Positions 36,114 through 48,849 of a stretch of 52,261 nucleotides of DNA are shown piece after piece. The stretch is from Nemertoderma westbladi (lineage: Eukaryota > Animalia > Xenacoelomorpha). Every line of letters starts with the position of its first letter. The stretch's first letter is position 1. The stretch lies in the NCBI GenBank assembly GCA_032718475.1, contig JAUCBJ010003908.1:1-52261 (forward strand), read 5' to 3'. The notes beneath the pieces were generated by a model. It searched no databases and was not told where the DNA came from. It worked only from the letters and a program-made list of their open reading frames with translations. The position numbers were made by a program, and so were the translations under genes.

Positions 36114-39100
36114 CTACCCCACTCTAGTTCTTCCTGCATAAGCTTGTAGTGGTTGCGGTTGAGCAGGCCGTTTCTCCAATGTCTCGAGCGCTTCATGCGC
36201 GTTTTGACCGATGAGTATTTGCACTCCAGGGTAATCGGTGTTGAATCTAGGTATTTCCAGCTGCTGGGTGAAATCGTCCTCATCCCAGTTATAAGGTTCC
36301 ACTTGGGTGGTAGCGAAGTTCTTTATCGCCACCATTTTTACTGACCTTATACTATGTTCTCCTAGTTCATCCTGGGGGGTGGACAACGCACCTACATAAT
36401 AATCCGCTATTACTGTAGATTTCCAAACCTGCATAATTCCTGACATGTTTAGCTTAGTTCGGAACTTGGGTTGTCCAGCAAAGATGTCTTCGGCTAGTTC
36501 TTTGTCGATGAATGTTCCTGTACTACCAGAGTCAAGGAGGGCGTTCACTACATAACTCCTTTTAGGTCCGTGGACCCTTACCTGTACTACAGGAAATTCT
36601 CGGATTCCTACATTGGAAGGTGGCGCTTTCCAAGATGGTTGTCGATCAGAAGTAGTTAGGGTTAGGTCGCTGTCTGTGTCTTTTTCATACGTAAGTGCTC
36701 GATACACTGCGGTATTTATCATGTAACAGGATTCACCTTCGTCGGAGAATTCATCGGTATAGAATCCTTCCATCTCAGAACTTTGGTCAGTGTCGTTCAC
36801 ATCACTGAATTGGACATGTAGTTCGGAATCACTTACCTGACTCTGGCTGTTTCGCTCAAATTCAGTGTGCAACAAGATATGATGTTTCGCACCGCACTTT
36901 GCACACCATGCGTCGGAGTAACAGGTTCGCCGTTGGTGTCCTTGTCTGAGGCAATTATAACACAACCGCTTATCCCACATGACTTCCCGTCTCTCCGTTA
37001 ATGATTTCTTCAGGAATTCATCACACATATTCAAACGGTGGGTCCCGTCACATAGCGCACATTTTGGTTTGATGTTACTTACCTTATTTTGAATAACATT
37101 GTGCACACTCGTTCTTTCTTCGGGCTTTCTCACCTGAATTCTCTTAGGAGACGTAGGAGGAGTTTTTCTAACCTGTTCTCTCCTGTCATTGGTTCGAGAC
37201 TTGAATTTACTTACCTGTTCTTTAGGCATTTTATTGACATAATAAGATCTTTCAGTGTCTTTCCCGCTATCTTCTCCTTGAGAAGTCTGGCTTTCGCCGT
37301 CGTCTGTATAACACACTGGTGTTACCTTTCTCCTAGAAACGGGTTTCTCACTTACCTTGTTTTCCGGTGTCTTCTCTCTGGACTGTTTTAGGAGCTGTAA
37401 TTTCACTTCTCCATCTAAGAATGACATGAGATCAGCCATGGTAGGGTCTCGTCGTTGTTGTTCCATCATATATAACACTTTCTTATCCCAGCGTGTACCT
37501 ACTCCACCCTTCCGTAAAGTAGAAGCCACGGCTCCAATGACCATAGAACTCTGATATTCATGAGACTTACCTAACCAATCTAATTGTCTACAGATCTCTT
37601 GAATCTCATCGGAAAACTCTATTATCCCGCTGCTAATGAACTTTCGGGGCGCTACTAATTTTGCATACAAATATTTAGCTATGTTATTCCTATTACCATA
37701 CCTGATGTTTAGTGTATCCCAAACTTGTCTTAATCCATCTGGATGTCCAATAAACTTTAACGCCATTAACTTGGGAGATCCTTCCAAGCACTCGATGAGG
37801 AATCTAAGTTACTCTCCATTAGATAGTACAGAGTTCTGTATGTTATCTTTATAATATTCATTAAAAGGTAACCATTTCATCTCATCTCCATTGAACTTGA
37901 CTATCTCTCCCACCTTTACCGCTTGACGGGCTTCGGTTCTAGCCATTTGACGCGTAAAACTTTCTTGGGCCATCGTGTTATTCAATATCGAGTTATCGGT
38001 ATATAAATTTCTCGGATTATGATCAGGTCTATAGGGAATATCATTATCAACAGGTCTATAATTACCCTTAATAGGGTTCACTATAGGAGTTTCTACTTCG
38101 CTAGCAGTATATATGCGTGTAGGCTCCACACCTTGCGCATGAGATACTTCAGACCTAACAGGTTGACACATTGTTACAGGGGTGGTGGTATACCTCGTTG
38201 TGTATTTACTAATTTATCGCGTTCTAACGCGATGCTTTGCTGCACTTCCTGCAACTCTAACCTACTTTCCCTTACTGTGCCCTTGAATTGCTGAACAGTC
38301 TCCTGCATCTGCCCGAGCAGGAGATCCATCCCCCGTCGTCTCTCATCCACCCACTCGACCGCCGAAGCGGGAGCCGCTAACATTGTAGCGGGCCGACGAG
38401 GGACAACGGGCGACAAATCATTAATATTTCGCTCGGAGTCCAGGACATGAGCATTTTCAAGGGTGGTTCTGTGTGGCACAGATAGCTTAGTGCTGCGCAG
38501 AGGGAATTTAGAGGTAGGTTCAGGGAGTACAGGTGTCTCTATCACCGAAGGGGTGGCTTCGGGAACAGGCCTAATTATTTCAGGCTCATCTACTATAGTA
38601 GGGAGTCTTTCTATTTCAATTATTTGGTCTGTGGGTTCTGTACTACCTAAGTTTGTGTTATTTAGTTGCTTTCTAACAGCTGGGGGCAAATCAGGCAGTT
38701 TCTGGCGGTGGGATATTCTTCTACGTCTGCTTAGACGAGATCTATTTCCTCCGCCTTCAGTATCGGTGGTATCGCCTTCCTCAGATGATGTATATCCCTG
38801 TCTTTTGGGAGTAGATCGACTCATCATCTGCATATTACTAGCTGTTAACTGTTTATTGAAGTTGTCTTGCCTCTCTTGAAGATTTTCCAACTCTAGTTGG
38901 GTTGTCTCTTCAGACGCTCTCCATTCTGCCTCTGCCACTGCCTCTGCCGCTGCCACTGCCGCTTTTCTTTCCGCTTCGGCCGCTGCCACTGCCGCTTTTC
39001 TTTCCGCTTCTGCCTCTGCCGCTGCCGTTGCCGCTGCCGCTTTTCTTTCCGCTTCTGCTGCTGCCACTGCTGCTGCCACTGCCGCTGTCTTTCTGTCTTC

Positions 39101-40263
39101 TATACGTTTTTTCTTTACTTGTTCTTCTTGAACCTTAGCGATGCGGATGCTTTCATTGAATTTAGCTTGGTTCGCAGCTAGCCTATCCACATCGATTGCG
39201 TCCAACACACGCTGGGTTCCTTCACTATTAGGGCTAAGTCCATCTAGCCTTCTCCTCAACTCTTCATCGCCTAAAAAACGTTGATAGTCTGACAGATAGA
39301 TGTCAATGGCATCCCTCTTATGCGGTTTCTCTGCCGTCGCTTCACTTTCCACTTGGGAAAAAGTAGCGTCTGTTGATTCTCCATGGGTTGAGCGCTCCTC
39401 CAGCTGAGCTTTCCACTGAGCCATTCCTTGAACCTGGAGACTCACCCGTTGAAACCAAGTCTTTACGGCAACTTGCAACGACGTGTCTTGTCTTCTTTTA
39501 GAAGCCTCCTCAAAGGCTGATAAGATTAGCCTGATTCGTAGAATTCTTTCTCTAACTTGATAAAGCAGCTGTCCCTACTCTTGAGGTCCTTGGGGTTGTT
39601 GAAACAGTTGTTCTTTTAATCGCTCCATAGAGCTGAAGAATCCCTGTACGATCCTGCTGCTGACCTCTTCCACACAGCTGGATCGATGGTTTCTTTTATT
39701 ACTCCCATCCTGTGTATGTCTTCCCAGGCAGCTTCTGATAAGTCGAAAGGTAGTCCGGGTCCGGGGAAGTTCCATTGCGACTCGACAATAGACTTCAGTT
39801 CTTCCCTTGTATATCCCGCATAACTATCTTTAGTAGATCGCTTATTTCTCGCCCAATCGATCTGGTGTTCTTCCACCGCAATCAATAACCTAGTGAGTAC
39901 GGCTGCAGGAAGGATGAGAAGGGGATCCGAATAAACCGCATCCGTCATCTTTGCTCCGCGCTCGGGTATCAGCTCTACAGTATCCGCACTACTGGAGCTG
40001 TCGGGCCGCTGAGAAATAAGTTCTCGGCTCGCGGGTTGTTGCTGTTCCGCTGCTTCTTGGTCCCGCTTGACTTGAGCTCGAGTGCCTATGATAGACCTAT
40101 GGTGTTGGACTAGCCTAGGGTCTGATATTACTACTGGAGGGATGATCTTTCTTACAGTAGGAGGTGAATTGAACTTCGGTCTCTCACATTCCACACTCCT
40201 GTCTGGGTCACAGATGGTTATATCTAGGAGACTGTCTGACAGGTTTGGCTTTGTGTCAGACAT
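36114..40263 (-). pseudogene. gag: BEL/Pao gag-protease region broken by stops and frameshifts
   Basis: KFNGDEMKWLPF capsid-like start, three Cys/His knuckles (CALCDGTH, CYNCLRQGH, CAKCGAKHH), protease ALLDSGS, Ala-rich AEAERKAA repeats. ORFs 39616-40263, 38174-39478, 37809-38171 and 36114-37787 are colinear. Confidence 0.92.
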
Positions 40264-41830
40264 GTTTGTTTGTACAGTTGAATGCCTACTGCTATATTAC
40301 AGTTAAAGCAAGTCTAGTAATTCAGTATCACTGTTAGCCTAGTAATTAATTACCGATACTGCTACTCAGTGTAGCGTGATATATATATAATATATTAGAA
40401 TACCGGTATGCTTATAGTATATATATAAGTATTATTACAGACTAGGTTTGTCACAGAATACCGGTATATAATTCCAGCACAAATATATATAAATATATAA
40501 TAGGCCTATCGTGGATACCGGTATGCAGTTTACACTTATAATGTATATATATAAGTATAATTACAGACTAGAATTAATTACAGAATACCGGTATGATTTC
40601 AGCCTAAATTTATAGAAATAAATATAATAAGCCTATCGTGAATACCGGTATGTCAATTATTTTGGAATAATTGAATTTCTGAAATTTTAGGGGTTACTTG
40701 GTTACTTTGCTTTACTTGATTACCGTTATTTAAGCAGTAGTCCAACTGATATTGAGACCTAATTGTTGTATGGCAGGCCTACTATTTTATAAATCGGTTT
40801 GAGTTGATTTATAATATATATACCCGTTATAATGGGTTTTTGTCAATATTTGAAATAAATGTTATTATTTCTGGGGGGAGTCACTACACAGAAGCTGTGC
40901 GCTCTCAGTGGAGTACTACTTGTTGGACACTAAAACAAATAATTCTAATTTACCTAAGTTACTTAATACTACAAATTACGTACAATCCGGGTTGAGATTA
41001 CAATCTCTAAATAAACACAAAAATTACAAGTACGAATTTTTTAGGGTAATTTTACAAGAAGTCTACAAACCAGCCTAACAAAGGGTTAGAATATCTGGTT
41101 ATTACAACGGACAGGTTACTACGGTATTTGAAAATAATAAGTAGTAGTAAATATACTGCGTTGTCCAGATAGAAAAATACCACCGTCTGACGACTTATAG
41201 CCGTGGCGCTATAAGTACTACGTTATGTATCACGGAGTGTTCCTACCTAGAAGTTAATTACCGCGGTCTACCAGAACCAACGTGCCTATTAACCACTTTA
41301 CAACACAAATATACTGCCTACACACTAATTACCTTCGGAAAGCACTGTACACTAAACCCTAGTACTTATACAACAAATAATCAGTAGTTAAAAATACTTG
41401 AACAGCTAAAAGAACCACGGTATCTGCCGGAGTGACCAAAGCATAAAATCTCCAGTCTTTACCTACGCCAAGCAGCCCTGATGTAGTACCGGGGTTAGTT
41501 TAACTATAACGGTATATATAACAAGCACAATTACTGTAGGAATAAACTTGGGGAATGAATGTTGCGAATAATCGCATAAACTCTGAATAATAAATATTAC
41601 GCTACGCGTACAGACTACTTAAACAAAATGCAGACCAAATACTGACAGACTACTATCAAGCCCAAACAAACTACGGTATATGCAGACTCCGAAATAGTTA
41701 GTTAGTATGCGTTCTAACCAAGTAGTACGACTTATTCTTTCGAGGGGGTTTACCTCACAGCTCTGGAAGCCCCTACGTTCCCAACTGGCACTTTATCGGA
41801 CATACACTCTACAGTCCCAATCCCAATAAA
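40264..41830 (-). other. Probable 5' leader of the BEL element with tandem subrepeats; 5' LTR not found
   Basis: ataccggtat-containing repeats at ~40400, 40458, 40515, 40585, 40642. No match to the 32146 LTR start elsewhere in the window. Confidence 0.5.
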
Positions 41831-42120
41831 CATTAACTTGGTCGTTTTGGCGGCCAAAATGACCAAAATCACCAAAAAAATGTAGTGTATTCCTATGGGC
41901 TACTTGGTCATTTTGGCGAAGCGATTTAACTCGAATCAGCCCAATTCAGACAGTCTGTCTCCTTGGCCATCCATTTGGTGGATCTGACTAAATGTCGGCT
42001 CGCTTTCATTTTTATTATTGACAGATTGTTAACTTACCCGGTACTGAGCCTTGCATTACTGGAGTCCGCCCACTGAGGCATTGATAGAGTACACAACGCC
42101 CACTGAGGCATTGATAGAGT

Positions 42121-43800
42121 GGCTCATTCCAAAGTAAAGTACGGGACATTCCTACACAATTTTGAACTTTGATTGCCTGTACAATGTTATCCACAGCACA
42201 TATGTGCACAAAATTTGTGCTTGGATTGAACTTTCGAATATCAGCTTTGATTTCGCGAAGCTTATGGCGGGACTTAGTCACTTTTGAGAAAACACCAGCT
42301 TGTCCAATTAAGGTAAAGTACGGATTCGTACGAAATTGTTTTTTTTATTTTATGATTTCAATTCTAAAATTTAGCGAATTGTGCGCAGGTACGGTGTTGA
42401 GTTGATGTTTAGGATAAAGATGTATTATTAAGCTTAAATAAAAATATAAATATCAGACGAATTGCTCTACATTGCTAATTTTTTACAGTGTGGTGAGTGT
42501 GGTAAAGTATGGGACATTGCTAAGTAAAGTGCGGGACCTGTACGAATTTTATGGTCAAAATGGTCTCTTACACTTAACCTAACAGTAATTTCTGGATAAT
42601 TAGTGATAATAAAGTGCAACTAAGTATTTCCAACCAAGACATGGATGCAAAATGTGGGGCGACCCACAAATTGACCCGAAGTCTTAGCATATGGATGCTG
42701 TTGAGGAGTTGTCTGTCATCTGTCTAATTTTTGATCGCTAATACTGTATAACTCCATACTTGGTACGTATGAAGTCTGTCAAAAGTTTGGAAATAATCTG
42801 AAGTTTAAGGAATCAAAGGTCACATATCAGACATTCTGTCTGTTGGTAACGATAGTTTCAAAATTTTGATAAAAACCGAAATAATTGCCAATCATTGATG
42901 AAATACTGTATAACCAAACTTGGTACACATGTATTCTGTGAAAAGTTTGAAATTCTTTCCATTTTTCTAAAAATGTATCAATTACTGTACTTACCGATCT
43001 TCTTATCTGCTAAAAAACTAAATTTTTTGAAATTTGTTGTAAAGTACGGGACTTTACATGCATAAACTCAAAGATTAGTTAACTGAGGAATGATTCTTAG
43101 TTCAAATACATACTTCTATGCTTCCCCCTACTATCACCCTAAAGCATTATAACACTCCTGCCCTCCAGGTTTCATATATTACAATAATACAGTGCACTAA
43201 AATGTAATCGCCATTATAATGGTAAAGTATGGGACAATTTTCATTTGGCCGTGATCATGATGTTTCTGAGGGAGTAGATTATGAAACTACAGGTAATTGT
43301 TTCTTAAGATGACGCAACACAAACGTGCTTTGCATTCCACTGGGTGATTGGGCTGAGTTAGACTACTTCTCTGTGTATAAATTAAAAATTTCACTATTTT
43401 TTGGTAAAGTATGGGACTTTACATGCATAAACCCAAAGATTTCTTGACTGAGGAATGATTCTCAGTTCAAATATGGACTCATATTCTTACGACCGACTAT
43501 GACCTTAGAGTATTATAACACTCCTGGCTTCACATATTACATTAATACAGTGCACTAATATAATCGCCATTGGTAAAGTATGGGACAATTTTCAATTGGC
43601 CGTCATGATATTTCTGAGGGAGTGAAGATGAAACTAATTGTCTTATACAGTACGATGACGCAACACAAACGTGCTTTGCATTTAACTGGGTGAATAGGCT
43701 GAGTTACATCTCTGTGAATAAACTTATAAACTTAATAAATTTCACTATTTTAGGTAAAGTATGGGACATCACATGATTAACTTTATCGATTTCATTACAG
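42121..43800 (+). mobile_element. DNA transposon end with reiterated subterminal motif (Sola2-like) and ~365-bp internal duplication
   Basis: Starts GGCTCATTCCA, similar to the GGGCAATTCCA terminus at 51558. GTAAAGTAYGGGAC-like motif at ~42134, 42313, 42502, 42524, 43039, 43223, 43403, 43573, 43754. Confidence 0.6.
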
Positions 43801-44808
43801 AGGAATTAAACAAACACTGGTGAAATTAAATGAAACCAAAAAAATTCGAAAATGGGTTTGTTTTTGATTTGGTACATGCTCAGAAATGTTAATTTATTGG
43901 TCATAGAAAGTGCCTACAAGAAACGAAACTTTTGCACACTTTTATTCACATTTTGTGCAGAGCAGGTGCATAATTTGTAATTCGACTATTTTTGAGAAAC
44001 CACCTGTGTTGATACAATTTTTAGCACTGAATTCATGAAGTACGATAAATTTTGACCTAAAAGAAGTATAATGTTTTATATGTTTTAGTGTTAGTATATG
44101 TTTTATTAATAATGCAGATAGGAAAATTAATTTCTCTCAAGGGAAAATTCGTAACAGCGTATAATAGCTGATTACTCCAAAAATAATACTGTAACCTGTT
44201 GTATTGACCTTAGTTTTTGTTATGGTTAGAATAACGAGCCACTGTAACCTGTTCCTTTCCCTAACTTGAGAATTTAACATTGATGCGAGATATAAATTTG
44301 CCAAGACGGTATTTGTGTCAAGTCTCCCCCATCCCACCCCCCCCCCCCCTGTCTCCATTAATTTTATAATTAACTTTATCTATCTATCTATCTACTATCT
44401 TTAACTATAAAAACTTTATATTAGCATAGAGTAATGCTATTTATTGGAAAATTCCACCCAAAATCTAATGGAAGTCAGTCCACAAATAATACGGTACTTG
44501 GGTTAATTAATATAATTTAACATATTATATACAGTAGTAATTACAAAATTTAGGAAAAAATCAGATTTTTTAATTGAAGAATTCCGAATTTGGAATAGAG
44601 CTCCCTTTCTATTGGAACCATGTTAATGTGATTATATTTGTATTATTAATTATTATTATTATTATGTATTTCTTCTAATAAACTAAACAAATTAATTATG
44701 ATAAATAAAACGCAATCAATAAGTAATTGTGACCAGCTATGCTATTCCATCATAGGGTCCATTTAGTCCATTCGATAACTGATGGTTGTTTCTATTTTAT
44801 TATTTAGA

Positions 44809-45510
44809 TGCATTGTTGGAGGGGATTTGTTCGCCATATCAATCTGAACGACCGCCGACATTCGCTTGGAGCTGCCTCTTTATAAAGAGATGCGTATCGG
44901 CGGATACATTTCTATTATAAACCCCATCTTTGAAGGTGTTGGCCGTTTTCCGGTATTAACCACCAAGAACGCAATCCTCCCGGTGCAACCAGCGGCAGGC
45001 GACCTACGGGAGTTCCCAACTCTGATGATGGAGATGGATTCGAAGATGGCCGCCATCGCCATAACGGTTGAAACTCTAAACATCTGCAAGGTGGGTGTTA
45101 TAGACGGAGTGTGTCCTGGTCGTGTCTCCGACGTGCGGTTTGGAGACAGTAAGTGCTGCCTTAATGTCCCAGCGAAAGTGGAGTGGCGCATCGAATTTAC
45201 CTTGGGAAGGTTCGAGAATAAGGGTCATCCCGTCGTCCCATTTTCATCCCGTCAGTTCCTCAGCCACTTCATCCACAAGGACTCTATGGATATTAAACTG
45301 GCGGACATGGATGGCGACGAGATACAAGGCTGTATCAACTTCGTTAGAGAACAGGTGACGTTGCTCAACAGGCTTGGCTCAGGGTTTTATATCACCGGAT
45401 GGGTGAAACCGGGAGAAAGGGAGGGTGACGACATACCGTCAGTGCCTTCTATGCAGGTGTGTGACATAAAAATCAGTAACAACGATGTTGTACGTCTCTC
45501 AGCAATGTGA
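44809..45510 (+). pseudogene. Second paralogue of the Cys-rich 'GWVKPG' family (exon 2 only, one in-frame TGA)
   Basis: Acceptor tatttag|a-tgc at the same position and phase as copy 1. CIVGGDLFAISI*..IGGYISIINP..REFP..VCPG..CCL..SRQF..GFYITGWVKPG. Confidence 0.72.
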
Positions 45511-45654
45511 AACACATATAAATTCATTATTATAAATATTATATAGAAATATTATTCAATAAATATCCATAAATATTATATGCAAATTGAAATGATTATT
45601 TTCGGCAATTTTAATTTGAGTTTGGTTGCTTATTATGGCACCAATTATTCGTAA

Positions 45655-45945
45655 CGAACTTAAATTAGAACATAAATTAATAAAATCAGTAACGGCCTTA
45701 AATTAGAAAATAAGTTACAATCCGTATCAGCCTGAAATTAGAACATAAGTTACAATCCGTAACGCCCTTAATTTAGAACATAAGTAACAATCCGTAATGG
45801 TCTGAAATTAGAACATAAGTTATTATCACTAATGGTTTGAAATTAGAAAGTAAGTTACAATCTGTAACAGCCTGAAATTAGAACATAAGTTACAAAGCCT
45901 GAAATTAGAACATAAGTTACAATTAAATTAAAACATAAGTTATAA
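45655..45945. repeat. ~35-bp minisatellite
   Basis: About eight copies of aaattagaacataagttacaatccgtaacggcct. Confidence 0.9.
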
Positions 45946-46449
45946 TCAATATAAACAATTTAAACAATATTTGGTACTATAATCATGCAAAATTTGATGA
46001 GGGTAATCACATAAATTTTCAAATTATTGCATTTTTCTGGTCATTTCACTTACCACAATATGTGTTAAATTCACAAATATGATAATTTTCACAATTTACT
46101 GCTAAATATGGGACCATTTAGATGTTTCTCAGGTAATTTGGTGGTGCTGAGTTACAAAAGAATGTAAAGAACTACTCAAAACGAATGGATAACAAATTTC
46201 CCTGTAGCTTTAGATCAACTGAGGTTATCAGCAGCCTTAAGCTCTGCCACGTCGTCATCATTCTACAGGAAGGCAGAGATTGTCTTTTTGGTTGACCTTT
46301 TGCCGGAAGCCAAATAAACCAGGAAAATATTGGCTTTTTAATTTACCTTTGCCAGAAGCCACATAAACCGGGAAGGTATTCAGAATAAGTACTTTTTATA
46401 GTCAAATTCAGTTTATAATAGAGATCCAATTAACATTAATTGAATGTAG

Positions 46450-47190
46450 AAATTGAATGTGTTCGACCTGTTCTGGTAATAGGAGGTTGTATCTTTTGGA
46501 GGATATTGGTGCTCGGAACCCAGGATTTATTTACCTTGGGAGGCCAGTAAAATGTTTATGCCCCTGAAGAACCTGGTGGGTGCATAAAGCTAAATAAATA
46601 ATCTGAATGTTCATCAGAGCACTCTAACACAAGTCCAATCCACCACCCTTCATCGTATCTACAGGCTGCATAGTCCATGGATGTTAACTTTATATTATGT
46701 TCCTCTACTTCCTTTAATGCGAAGATGCGGCTGATAAAAATTTCTTCATCAATGCTGGTTTGTTTTAGTTTAATTACAGTCGTTGATTCAGGAAGAAACT
46801 GATGGTAAGACCGAGTCCCAGGATTTGCACTATTGAATCGACTTTTTAAAAATAACCGACCCTGATCAATGTCACCTTCCGTAATCAATAATCAGTTCAG
46901 GTTTTATAGATTTTAGATTACTTACACAGAATTCATATAGTGAATTTGTACTAACTATCTACTCACATACAGGTCTTTGCAGACTGGCCTGTAATGCTGA
47001 TCGTTTAATAAAACCACAAATACAATCTGCAGAATATTTTCCATGAGATGTTGAAAAAAAATCCCACTGGGGGCTTTAAGGCCAAAGTCAATTTCATGAT
47101 GCCACAGATTAAAAAAATTCTTACAATTTTTATTGTGCGAAGCACAATTTTTATTTTGCTTATACAGTAATTGTGTAAATTCGACAATCT
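46450..47190 (-). pseudogene. Degenerate Sola2-type transposase, C-terminal part
   Basis: Minus strand: CASHNKNCKNF, FSTSHGKYSADCICGFIKRSALQASLQRP, PGTRSYHQF, YDEGWWIGLV, FMHPPG, FYWP. Confidence 0.75.
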
Positions 47191-47771
47191 TCCTTCCTGC
47201 CCCTGTCTCTAATTATACTAATAAATGTAAATAAAGAAATAAATAAATCCGAGCGCTAGCGCCAGCGCACCCCCTAAAATACCTTCTAAAAATGTACGTA
47301 ATTTAATTTTAATACTCTGATAAGGTAATTATATTGAAAATCTCATTTGTTTTAAAGTAAACTATGTTATGTACATCATTAGTTACGTATTTTTTAATTC
47401 AGATTAACGTATTGTAATTATAATTTTTTAAATATTAAAAATCAAATTGGGTTAGTAATACTTATTAAATTATGCTCATTCATTTTTAATTAACTTTATG
47501 GAGGGTTTTAACCATCCGGCCGACAAACCACACTTTTGCTCACAGGTCGTTGTAAGACAAGGACAAGGCATCAATATAACCCCAGTGATCCCATCCCCTC
47601 TCTTGTTGTGGACTATGACTATATCATTGTACAAGCTGCGGACCTGCACACACCCCCCCCCCCCCCCATTATAATGTATTGTAGCTTATCTGGGATAGAT
47701 ACCGGTATCTGAATGCTGGACTGGCCTATACTGCAACTACTTCTGTAATGTACTGATTGTAATTGTTAAAT

Positions 47772-48848
47772 ATGCCTGACTGTAAGAAATGTGGTGAATC
47801 CAAAACTGCGCTACCAAAGTCTGGTCGATTTATAGGAGTCTGTGAAGAGTGTCGAAACTCGGAACCCGACAAGGCTCAAGTCCCAGATGACTACTGGGCG
47901 AAACTGCTAAACATATTAGACACAAAGCTTACACCAATAAACAATAAACTGGATACAATTAACACTCGCTTCGAGGAACAGGATAAGATAATTTCTGCCC
48001 TGGAGTCCAGGGCTTTAAACGCAGAAGCGAAGTCAGACGAATTAACCCGGGAAGTTGGTGTACTCAAAAACATTGTTACCGAGCAACAGAAGATAATTGC
48101 GAGAAATGACAAAGACGAGCGAAAGAAACACCTTATTTTCTGTGGAATCTCGGAATCGGACTCAATACCCGATAAGGATGTTATCCGTAATCTCTTAGAT
48201 GCTATAGGCTGCAGCGAAATCCAATTCGAAAGGTGCCGACGCCTTGGTACTCTCGACCTCGGAACACAATCCCGCCCCCGCCTCCTGAATGTGACATTTC
48301 GTTTCTGGTCAGACAGAAATACAGTCCGCAACAATTCTTCAAAGTTGGCGAAGACGGTCGAGTTCAAGAATGTAAGAGTTAAGGCGGATCATACCAAAAA
48401 AGAGCAGGAGGAATATAAACGCCTCTACGCGAGATTGGACGTCCTCGTAAAAAACGGTGAGAAGGCAGCGATTAAGTATAACAAGCTGTACATCGATGAT
48501 GTCGAAGTGGACTGTATTAAATCTCCAAACTCGGTTTTTTGAACAGTGGGTTAGCCTTGCTAAACTTAGATATAAAAACTATTTCATGGAATATTAATGG
48601 CTCCAACACATTGAAAAATGAAACCGTTTCCAAATTCCTCTCTAATTACCACTTTATATATTTGTCAGAAACACATAGTCTGATAAACCAACGAACCCTG
48701 AACATGCAAAATTTTGTTACTATAGAATTCCCCGACCTAAACTGCAACTCTTTATATCCAAGAGGGGGTTGCTCCTTTTCATATCATGTCTCCATGAAAA
48801 TGTTTATTGTTTCGGCGAAGAAGTTCTTTACTGACTGTGTTGAAGTTC
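47772..48848 (+). mobile_element. 5' portion of a LINE: ORF1 (Cys motif, coiled coil, RRM-like) and start of ORF2 APE endonuclease
   Basis: CKKC..CEEC, LIFCGISE, RRLG..RPRLL, ADHTKKEQE. Overlapping ORF2 start ISWNING..LSETH, cut at ~48850. Confidence 0.85.
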
Positions 48849-48849
48849 G

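Noticed and set aside
41865-41885. Minus-strand ACA-TTTTTTTGGTG as the BEL LTR end and PBS
   Set aside because: Downstream bases do not match a tRNA 3' end I recognise; part of a local inverted repeat, and no match to the putative 3' LTR.
42134-43770. Spaced GTAAAGTAYGGGAC motif as a CRISPR-like array
   Set aside because: Irregular spacing, spacers are themselves duplicated, eukaryotic context, no cas genes; fits subterminal transposon repeats.
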